Source: a bacterium
Lineage (GTDB): Bacteria; SAR324; XYD2-FULL-50-16
NCBI GenBank assembly: GCA_032250835.1
Contig: JAVVEA010000025.1
Location: forward strand, 1-40,414
Direction of reading: 5' to 3'
Length of the DNA: 40,414 nucleotides
In this document: positions 27,633 to 35,416 of the stretch, piece after piece
Layout of the letters: each line of letters begins with the position of its first letter
Position numbering within the stretch: position 1 is the stretch's first letter
Notes under the pieces: generated by a model
Told to the model about the DNA's origin: nothing
The model's database searches: none
What the model saw: only the letters and a program-made list of their open reading frames with translations
Position numbers and translations under genes: made by a program

Positions 27633-27855
27633 CCAGCACCTCTTTGAGCATGGCCTGGACCTGCGCCTCATCGTATTCTGTTTCTCCCCCTTCCACTGCG
27701 GCTTTGGCTTCGTACGCCAAGAGCTTTTTTTCCATCGCCTCTACTTGAGCCTTTGGGATCAGCAGAAAGTCTTGCCCCTTAGGGTATTCAATCTCCAGGG
27801 GTTGCCCGGCCTTGAGTAAGGCATAGAGGTGGGTTTTTACTTCCGATGCTTTCAC
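27625..27855 (-). CDS. Phd/YefM-family antitoxin candidate
   Basis: ASEVKTHLYALL...PLEI...FLLIP...EAM pattern with an acidic C-terminus. AGGAGG RBS at 27861-27866. Confidence 0.7.
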   Translation of the reverse strand: MKASEVKTHLYALLKAGQPLEIEYPKGQDFLLIPKAQVEAMEKKLLAYEAKAAVEGGETEYDEAQVQAMLKEVLGG

Positions 27856-27868
27856 TTGAACCTCCTAA

Positions 27869-27918
27869 ATAGGTCGTTAGATAGGTCTAAAAATAACCTA
27901 TAGACAGGTATATGTAAA
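27869..27918 (-). promoter_or_regulatory. Candidate TA promoter with overlapping operator repeats
   Basis: Minus-strand TTTACA-N18-TATTTT. ATAGGT(27881-86)-N9-ACCTAT(27896-901) inverted repeat. ATAGGTC direct repeats at 27869 and 27881. Confidence 0.5.
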
Positions 27919-28219
27919 GGTTCTCTAGCGTTGTCCCGATCAAAGAGAGTTCGGATTATAATTCAATACCTTAAAATCAGAATCCGGTGACTGAAATCAG
28001 GTGACAGTATACCATTTTTCACAAATTCCGCAGAGCGAGCGCAGCCACAATTTGGACGGCCTGCTAAGAGGGCGGTTTGCTTGAGAAAATGCCGGTAATG
28101 GCAGGGGGACCAAAGGGCTCAGAGACGCCGCCTTGCGGGGCGTCAGACCTAGAATACTCTCCTAGACGGGGCTCATAGCGATATTTTACGGGAAGTCGGC
28201 CTGATCCGGCCAAGATACT

Positions 28220-28396
28220 GCCCCGGCGTTTGCTGCTCTTTGGGCTAGAAGGCGCTTGTTTTGCTTTAGGCCAGGGCCTCTCCAGCCCGGTAGCCGCTAA
28301 CCTGGAAACCCTCTGCCGCCGGGTGATCACCGAGGTTCAGGATTTTAAACCGCTGTAGTCTGGGCTGACGCGTTGGATTGAGCTTTGGTCCGCAAC
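28220..28396. repeat. Direct repeat copy 2 (177 bp); orphan 3' fragment of the hydrogenase protease gene
   Basis: Matches 25919-26095 at an offset of 2301 bp. Confidence 0.95.
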
Positions 28397-28585
28397 CCAG
28401 AGCCTTTTCCCGTTGATTAAATCCATATTTATTTTATAAACCAAGCACTTACCTAAAGAAATATTCGGTTTTTTGGTCCTATCGGAATCGGTGTAAGGCT
28501 TTTGCTGCACCGAAATCATGTCTTTTTCATACAAAATCGCCTTCAGTTGTCTGGACAAGTGGGTCCGCTAGGCTGGAAATGAACC

Positions 28586-30073
28586 TTACAACAACATTTG
28601 GTTCTTGCGGCTTCGGCTTTCACCGACTGAAGTCACCCGGATTGCCGGGTGATCAATCACCGGGCATTGATTTTCGCAAATCCCGCAACCGATACATTTT
28701 TCGGCATCCACAAAGGGGCGCTTTAATTGAATGTTTTGGTTTTGGTGGTTCTTTACCTTTACCTCTTCAAACCAAATGGCCTTAGGTGAAGTAGGGCAGA
28801 CCTCTTCACAGACAATACACTGCCGGTGCATAGCCCAAGGCAAACAGCGGCCACGATCAAAAAAGGCGGTGCCCAGTTTTAACGGGGCTTGTTTGGTCGA
28901 GTCGCCTAATTTTTGCGCTACGGTGATTTCTTCAATGGCCCCGGTCGGGCAAACTTGGCCACATAACACGCAGTGGTGCTCACAATAACCTAATTTATTG
29001 ACCAAAATCGGGGTGAAAAGCCCCTCGGTTCCGGCCTCTAACAAGGCGGGCTGTAAAACCCCAGTGGGGCAGGCTTTCATGCATTCGCCACACTTAATGC
29101 AGCGGCGCAAAAAATCCTCTTCCGCTAGGCTGCCGGGCGGACGGATGACTTTGGCTTGGGGCGAAGAAAAGGCCTTGGCGCTCACCCTTAACATCGGAAA
29201 AAAAGCTAAGGCCAAAACCCCCGTTTCCACCAAACGACGTCGATTTACATCCCAGCCTTGGGCCTGGGCCTGGTTCTTACAGGCGCTAGCATAGCTCAAG
29301 GCCCCTTCAGGACAGTCTTCAATGCAATTCATGCAAAGATGGCACTCCGTTTTTCGGTGGTAGCTATGTGGGTCTGCGGCTCCTTGGCAGGAGTTCAGGC
29401 ACTTGTTACAATCGGTGCATTTTTCAATATCTCTGCGGATGGCCCAGGGGCTAAAGAGGCTCAATAGCCCCAACATTGCCCCGAGCGGACAAAGGCGGCG
29501 GCAATACCAGCGCGGCCAAAACCGGTTCGCATAAAGGATAAAAAGCAACACCAACGCAGTGATCACGCTGCCTTGTTGCAGGCCGGGGTTGGCCAAGAAA
29601 CTCCAACCCAATCCCGGCAGAAAGGCGGTGGCAAAACTACGGGTCATCAGGGAAATCGGGTCGAAAAGCCCGGTTTGCAAACTGCCCAAAGCCGCTAAAA
29701 CCAGCAAAAAGAAAAGCAGGTAATATTTGAAACGAAACCAAGGTGAATATTGGTTGGCAGAGAGGTCATCCTTCTTGCGTTTTTTGTTCAAGAGCCAGCC
29801 AAAAAATTGGTTCAAAATCCCTAAAGGGCAAACCCAACTACAAAAAAAACGGCCAAAAAACAAGCTGGGGATAACCACCAACAAGCTCAAGGCCATTCCT
29901 TGGTAGAGCGTGTTGCTGGTCAAAAAGCTGGCTAGTGCATTGAGTGGGCTGAGATTTAATAAAAAATCAACCTCATAACCTTTAAGGCGGCCGTAGCTGG
30001 TTAAAGCCAAAAGGGTGAAAAAAAGCCCGATAAAAAACAAGGCCCAGATGCGCCTGATAGTTCTTAGCTTCAC
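28586..30073 (-). CDS. Membrane polyferredoxin (NapH-like membrane domain + NapG/MauM-like domain)
   Basis: TM helices, GRFFCSWVCPLG, RWYCRRLCPLG, multiple CxxCxxCxxxC motifs, IRPPGS..E..F...CIKCGEC. GTGA overlap with the upstream gene. Confidence 0.9.
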   Translation of the reverse strand: MKLRTIRRIWALFFIGLFFTLLALTSYGRLKGYEVDFLLNLSPLNALASFLTSNTLYQGMALSLLVVIPSLFFGRFFCSWVCPLGILNQFFGWLLNKKRKKDDLSANQYSPWFRFKYYLLFFLLVLAALGSLQTGLFDPISLMTRSFATAFLPGLGWSFLANPGLQQGSVITALVLLFILYANRFWPRWYCRRLCPLGAMLGLLSLFSPWAIRRDIEKCTDCNKCLNSCQGAADPHSYHRKTECHLCMNCIEDCPEGALSYASACKNQAQAQGWDVNRRRLVETGVLALAFFPMLRVSAKAFSSPQAKVIRPPGSLAEEDFLRRCIKCGECMKACPTGVLQPALLEAGTEGLFTPILVNKLGYCEHHCVLCGQVCPTGAIEEITVAQKLGDSTKQAPLKLGTAFFDRGRCLPWAMHRQCIVCEEVCPTSPKAIWFEEVKVKNHQNQNIQLKRPFVDAEKCIGCGICENQCPVIDHPAIRVTSVGESRSRKNQMLL

Positions 30074-31053
30074 AGTTGCAACTCCTTGGTGTTAAGGCTT
30101 TTCCAGTCCGTGGTGCCTAAGCCCCGGGCTTGGCCTAACTTGAGATAGTCGATCTGGTCTGGTCCTTTTTCGAACCAGCGTTGGGCGGCATAGGTATCTA
30201 AAGCGACCTCATCTAAGCTGGCGACCAGACAGTTTTCTTGGGTAACATCTTCCAGATTACCGCCGGTGGGCCCGTTTCTGCGCAAGACCCGGGTGGCGTC
30301 TAAAATGGTTAAGGTCGGATGAATCGCCCCGGCCAAATCAGCAATCGATTGGTGGATTTTTTGATGGAGCCGGTTGCGGCGTCCGCCAATCACGCCGTAC
30401 CAATTCTTCATCGAAAGGGTGCAATTTGAAAGGGAATGGTGTTTAGCAATCGGCAAGTTGATCACTTTATCTACCTGATGAAAGGCTTCTAAAGCGGGCC
30501 ATACCTTTAATATTTCCCCTTTAAAATCTGTTTCTACAAAGTTGTTTTTTGCTCCATAAAGCACTTTGGCCCCGGCCTCTTGGGCGGCCTGTTCTATCCC
30601 GCTACGGTGAAAGGCCCTAGCCGGGTCGTTGATCGAATGATCGACAACCAACACCTCGGCACGGGCCTCACGCAAGATTTTGCAAAGGGCACCCACCAAC
30701 TCTGGTCCTGTATTAGCGGCCTGTTCTGGTTGACGGTCCCAGCCCACATTTGGCTTCAGCAAGACCTTCTCATGGGGGCTGACAAAGCGCGCGACCCCAC
30801 CCATGGACTCAAACAAGCCGCGCACCATCTGTTCCACGTCTTGGCCCTGGGCAATCACCATCTCCGGGTAAAGCTTGTTAGCGGCGACTGAAAAATTTTT
30901 AAATTGATGGATAACCTCATCGCCTAAACGGACGGGCTCGGTGGAATAGCCCCACCAACCCCACAGCCCGACTCCGCTTGCTGCGGCGGCGGCAATCCCG
31001 GCTTGGCGGAGGAATGCTCTGCGGCTGGCGGTTTGGTCTTTTTTTGAAGTCAT
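30070..31053 (-). CDS. DUF362-family protein with a twin-arginine leader
   Basis: SRRAFLRQAG leader, KVLLKPNVGWD, VINLPIAKHH....TLSMKN..G, LDATR, DEVALD. ATGA overlap gives start 31053. Confidence 0.85.
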   Translation of the reverse strand: MTSKKDQTASRRAFLRQAGIAAAAASGVGLWGWWGYSTEPVRLGDEVIHQFKNFSVAANKLYPEMVIAQGQDVEQMVRGLFESMGGVARFVSPHEKVLLKPNVGWDRQPEQAANTGPELVGALCKILREARAEVLVVDHSINDPARAFHRSGIEQAAQEAGAKVLYGAKNNFVETDFKGEILKVWPALEAFHQVDKVINLPIAKHHSLSNCTLSMKNWYGVIGGRRNRLHQKIHQSIADLAGAIHPTLTILDATRVLRRNGPTGGNLEDVTQENCLVASLDEVALDTYAAQRWFEKGPDQIDYLKLGQARGLGTTDWKSLNTKELQL

Positions 31054-31913
31054 GGCAGGTCCTTTTCCAGACAACCAAAACAACCAAGGGCCTGTTCTTG
31101 GTTAAGCCAAAACCACCATTCGCCCTCAAAAGGGTCTAAGACCTTATATCGGCTTCCTACCTTTTCCGCCTTCATTTGGGCATCCTCGAGATATTGCTGA
31201 AACCCCGCTAGAGCCTTTTGGCCCCCTTTGGGCAACAAGAAAAATTCCAACTCTCGGCCTTCAATTTCAAGGCGGCGGGTTAAGGCCTGGTTGGCAAAGC
31301 CCATCCCTCGGTAAGCTTCGGCAGCAAAACCTTCGGACAGTGTTTTGCCTAGTTTAGGCAATCCTTGAAAGAGGTCTTGGGTCCCTGGGGCTTGAGGCAG
31401 GTTTTCGCTGATGGCCTGGGCCAGCTTTTTGAGCTGGCCTCTTTTATCCAGGGCCACCAACTTGGCGTAAAATGGTCCTTGGATAAAACTCAATTCACCT
31501 TGTCCCATAAAGGCCATCTTCCCAAGGTCAATCGCCCTGGCCGTCTCGCCCTTTTCATCCATTAAAACCCCAAAGGCCGCCAAGGCCTGATCAAAACGGT
31601 ACACCTCAGCGACCACCCAGGCCGAACCCGGCTCGGGGGCATATTCTACCACCGTTAAAAGCTCAAACCCCTGGCCGATGAAATAGTCTGCGTGGCCGTT
31701 GACATACTCCCAAAGATTGTCTTTTTTAAACCAGCGGGGGCCCGGTAGCTGCTTTAAATCACCCGCCTCTGGGGGGAAGCTTTTTAACAAAGCCGGGCGA
31801 GAGGACAGCTTAAAGTCAATCAACCCTGGGTCGTAGCTTTGTCCCTCCCAATAAAGGGCCAAGGCCAATAGGGGCAACAGAGCGAGCAAAATGAAGGAGC
31901 GGGCTTGTTGCAT
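31050..31913 (-). CDS. Membrane-anchored uncharacterised protein (DUF6599-like)
   Basis: N-terminal TM and the motif DNLWEYVNGHADYFI..GF. TAATG overlap with the AKR stop gives start 31913. Confidence 0.65.
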   Translation of the reverse strand: MQQARSFILLALLPLLALALYWEGQSYDPGLIDFKLSSRPALLKSFPPEAGDLKQLPGPRWFKKDNLWEYVNGHADYFIGQGFELLTVVEYAPEPGSAWVVAEVYRFDQALAAFGVLMDEKGETARAIDLGKMAFMGQGELSFIQGPFYAKLVALDKRGQLKKLAQAISENLPQAPGTQDLFQGLPKLGKTLSEGFAAEAYRGMGFANQALTRRLEIEGRELEFFLLPKGGQKALAGFQQYLEDAQMKAEKVGSRYKVLDPFEGEWWFWLNQEQALGCFGCLEKDLP

Positions 31914-33100
31914 TAGGCTAACGAAAGGTCTTGATGGGCCTGATTCATCATTGTTTTGACTGGTAAGCCATGAGGGCAAGCGGCCTCGCAAGAAGGGTTC
32001 TCGCAGCTTTGACAAGCCGCCCCATTAGGCGAAATTTCCGCATAACCTTGTATGGCCTTTTTCTCTTCGCCATAATCTTGAAAATACATTAAATGGCGCA
32101 GGCTTTTGGCGATTTGAACCCCCTGTGCGCAAGCCGGGCCGCAATCGTTACAGCCTGTTCGGCAATACTGGCTCCCCCAACGGCTTGCGTAACGGTCTAA
32201 TTGACGCTGGTCCGCTTGGGTGAAGCTCTGCCCAGAGGCCTTGATGTAATGGTAGAGGTTTCCCACTGTTTTCATGGTGACCACCAGACCGGCCACCTCT
32301 TGGTGTTTTAAGACCCACTTAAAGGCCGCATGGGCGAAATCTTGGGCCCCTTGGTCTAGTTCCAACGCCTTGGCCCCGGCCAGGGTCTTCATCGCGACCA
32401 CGCCGACGCCCTTTTTCTTGGCCGCTTTGAGAAGGTCGGGCACCTTGGGGAACTTCATGAAGTTAAAGGCCGGCATGATCACGTCGTAATAACCAGAATT
32501 CACGGCCTCTAATAATAGAGCTTCCATATTGTCGGGGCCATGGCTGCTTACGGCTAGGTGTTTTATCTTGCCTGCCTTCTTTAAACTTTCTGTGGCGCTT
32601 AACATCTCCTCTGCAAAAAGGCGCTGTTTTTCCTCTTCAAAGTTTTCGCTGAGCTCGCCCATGGCATGGACAAACACAAGGTCAAGGTAGTCGGTCTTGC
32701 ATCTTTGTAAGCTGGTATCAACGGCTTCGATAAATTTTTGTTTTTTTGTGCCCACCGGTAAGTGATTAGGGTAAGAGCGGCCATCGCAATACTTGCTCGC
32801 GAGAATGATCTCTGCTCGATTTAAACGAGCCATGGCCCCACCTATGTGGTCTTCACTGCGACCATAATCCGGGGCGGTGTCAAAATAATTAATTCCCGCA
32901 GCAGCGGCCCTTAAGACCAGTGATGAAGCCGGTAGCTTGCCCGCCCCAAAGGAAATATCGCTAATTTCCAGCCCCGTATTGCCCAATTTATTGTATTTTA
33001 CGATTCTGTCTGCACCCAAGGCTGAATCGGGCATCCCTCCTAAAGCGGCAAGCCCCACCCCGCTAAGCGCTGAGGTTTTAATGAATTCTCGGCGTTTCAT
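31913..33100 (-). CDS. Aldo/keto reductase with a twin-arginine leader and C-terminal 4Fe-4S domain
   Basis: MKRREFIK leader, LGNTGLEIS, YFDTAPDYG, ASK, DYLDLVFVH, GVVAMKTLAG, YCRTGCNDC...CQSC....CEAACP. GGAGG RBS at 33105-33109. Confidence 0.9.
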   Translation of the reverse strand: MKRREFIKTSALSGVGLAALGGMPDSALGADRIVKYNKLGNTGLEISDISFGAGKLPASSLVLRAAAAGINYFDTAPDYGRSEDHIGGAMARLNRAEIILASKYCDGRSYPNHLPVGTKKQKFIEAVDTSLQRCKTDYLDLVFVHAMGELSENFEEEKQRLFAEEMLSATESLKKAGKIKHLAVSSHGPDNMEALLLEAVNSGYYDVIMPAFNFMKFPKVPDLLKAAKKKGVGVVAMKTLAGAKALELDQGAQDFAHAAFKWVLKHQEVAGLVVTMKTVGNLYHYIKASGQSFTQADQRQLDRYASRWGSQYCRTGCNDCGPACAQGVQIAKSLRHLMYFQDYGEEKKAIQGYAEISPNGAACQSCENPSCEAACPHGLPVKTMMNQAHQDLSLA

Positions 33101-33535
33101 CGGTCCTCCAAAGTGTTTGCCCATATCTTAAACCCTCCAGCCCGTGGCTAGCAAGTTCAAAGCGAATTTTGGGTTAACCCCTTAAGACCCCTTGAGCCAG
33201 GCTGGGTTAGCGGTTTTTTTGGATATGCAGCTAAAGGACCTTCGACCTTAAAATGAGGGGAGCACCCGTTCGAAGACCCTTTCCCGCTAGAAATTCGCGA
33301 AGATCTTCGAATACTTATCCCTATGCTGCTCTTTGTTTTATGCAAAGACCAACATTAGGCAAAGCTACAGGTTTTGGGTGGGTGGATGGGTTTGTCCGAT
33401 TGACCAGCCCTCCTTAACAGGGCCAGTTTTTTGAAAAAACATCAACCTTCTAACACTTACAAAAAGTCCAGTTTGCGCGAACAACGCCAAACTGTTGAGT
33501 CCCTCGCGGAGGCATATTTTCACTCCGAATTGAAA

Positions 33536-33587
33536 TGTTGCAAGTGTCGCATTTTTTATGCTACATATGTTGCATCGGTGCAACATA
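33536..33587. promoter_or_regulatory. Cluster of TGTYGCA half-sites forming two palindromes (candidate activator/enhancer sites)
   Basis: TGTTGCA at 33536, TGTCGCA-N7-TGCTACA at 33545-33565, and perfect TATGTTGCA-TCGG-TGCAACATA at 33566-33587. Confidence 0.55.
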
Positions 33588-33822
33588 GGGGAATGTTGGG
33601 TTTCCAGCGGATCAATGCTTTGGGGTCGGCTTACAGACCCGACAAGCCAGTGCCAAAACTCCGATGACAAGCACAGGGCTCATCCAGAACAACAGGTTTA
33701 GCCCGCAACAGACAAAGTCAAAAGTGGTGGCGTCCATGACGACCTCCTGATTGGGGTTGAGTCCTCTTCCATACCCTTAATGCTGCATCGAACAGGCCAA
33801 GCGGATGCCACAGAGAAAAACG

Positions 33823-35157
33823 ATGAAAAAGCGAAAGCGACCTTTTGATTTTTTGAGTGGACAGGACATACTGGACAGCGTGGCCGATGGTGTTTTTACG
33901 GTGGACGAAGAATATCGAATCACCAGTTATAACCGCGCTGCCGAGCAGATTACAGGATTTACTCGCGAAGAAGCCATCGGGAGTCTTTGCCATGAAATAT
34001 TTAAGGCCAACATCTGCCAAAACAGTTGCGCCCTGCGGCGGACGTTCTTAACCGGCGACAACTTGATTGATATTCCGGTGGAGATTCTGCGCAAGGATAG
34101 CAAACCGGTCCCGATCAGCGTCAGCACGGCTATCCTCAAAGACGGCAACGGAGTCCAAGTGGGCGGTGTGGAGAGTTTTCGGGACCTATCGGAGATCCAG
34201 CACTTAAAGCAACAGCTGAAGCAAGCAACGATGCCACTTGAACAGGTTGGGCTTGATTCCAGTTTGGCTCATATTGGCAAGCTTCTGCCGGATATTGCCG
34301 CCAGCGACGTCACGGTGCTGATCACTGGGCCCAGCGGCACCGGCAAGGGCCTTTTAGCCGAAACCATCCACAAACTCTCCCCCCGCAAGGAGGGCCCCTT
34401 CGTCACGCTTAGCTGTGCGGCTTTGCCAGAAAGCCTCTTAGAGGCGGAACTCTTTGGCCACGAAAAAGGAGCCTTTACCGACGCCAAAACCGGCCGCCCA
34501 GGACGCATCCTTGGTGCAGAGGGAGGAACTTTGTTTCTTGATGAAATCGGCGATATCCCCCTGTCTATCCAGGTCAAGTTACTGCGCTTCATCCAAGACC
34601 GAGAATACGAACCCTTAGGGAGTTCGCAGCCCAAGAAAGCAGATGTGCGTATTCTGACCGCTACCAATGTAGACCTGCGGCAGAAGGTCGAGGAGGGAAC
34701 GTTCCGCGAAGACCTCTTTTACCGGATCAATGTAGTTTCCATCGAACTCCCTTCGCTCAATGAGCGAAAAGAAGACATTCCCGCGCTGGTTTACCGCTTT
34801 ATCAGGAAATTTAATGCCCGTTATGACAAGGAGGTAAAAGGGTTTAGTGACGAAACGCTCAAAACTCTGCTGGCCTACGATTATCAGGGCAACATCCGAG
34901 AACTGGAAAACGCCATCGAACATGCCTTCGTTTTGTGCAAATCTCCTTTGATAGAACCACGCCATCTGCCTGCTCGCTTTATCGAGGGTGCCGGTCACGG
35001 AGGAGCCCTTGCAGCCAGCTACGAAAACAACGAGGTACTAAAGATCAAAGAAGCGCTTCGGGCCTCTGGCGGCAATAAGAATCTTGCAGCCCAATCTCTG
35101 GGCATGCACCGCGCAACTCTGTGGCGCAAAATGCGGCGTTATAAGATCAACAAATGA
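33823..35157 (+). CDS. PAS-domain sigma54-dependent transcriptional activator (Fis-type HTH)
   Basis: PAS ILDSVADGVFTVD...YNRAAEQITG, Walker A GPSGTGKG, ELFGHEKGAFTDA, FLDEIGD, FREDLFYRINV, GNIRELEN, HTH AAQSLGMHRATLWRK. The start may be 33805. Confidence 0.93.
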   Translation: MKKRKRPFDFLSGQDILDSVADGVFTVDEEYRITSYNRAAEQITGFTREEAIGSLCHEIFKANICQNSCALRRTFLTGDNLIDIPVEILRKDSKPVPISVSTAILKDGNGVQVGGVESFRDLSEIQHLKQQLKQATMPLEQVGLDSSLAHIGKLLPDIAASDVTVLITGPSGTGKGLLAETIHKLSPRKEGPFVTLSCAALPESLLEAELFGHEKGAFTDAKTGRPGRILGAEGGTLFLDEIGDIPLSIQVKLLRFIQDREYEPLGSSQPKKADVRILTATNVDLRQKVEEGTFREDLFYRINVVSIELPSLNERKEDIPALVYRFIRKFNARYDKEVKGFSDETLKTLLAYDYQGNIRELENAIEHAFVLCKSPLIEPRHLPARFIEGAGHGGALAASYENNEVLKIKEALRASGGNKNLAAQSLGMHRATLWRKMRRYKINK

Positions 35158-35416
35158 AGCGTTAGGGGAGGCTCAAGGACGGTGCGCAGGACGCGGCTTA
35201 GGCCCTTGGCAAGGCCTCGGTGCATGCCCTTCTGCTACCGACGACCTCAAGGATAAATTTTTCAAAGCCCAGACCAGCCCCCATGGGCCGGGCCAGCTTT
35301 TGCAAAAACAAGGAACTGCTGATCGCTAAAACAACCGGGCCTGGGGGCACCCAGTCACCCAAAGGCCCAGGTCCTCTCAGAGCGAACTGGCCACAAAGCC
35401 GGGCTTAGCTTGAAGC

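Noticed and set aside
33642-33655. Sigma54-like TGGCAC-TGGC-TTGT on the minus strand
   Set aside because: Spacing is one base short, the -12 GC is missing, and it lies on the wrong side of the candidate enhancer sites.
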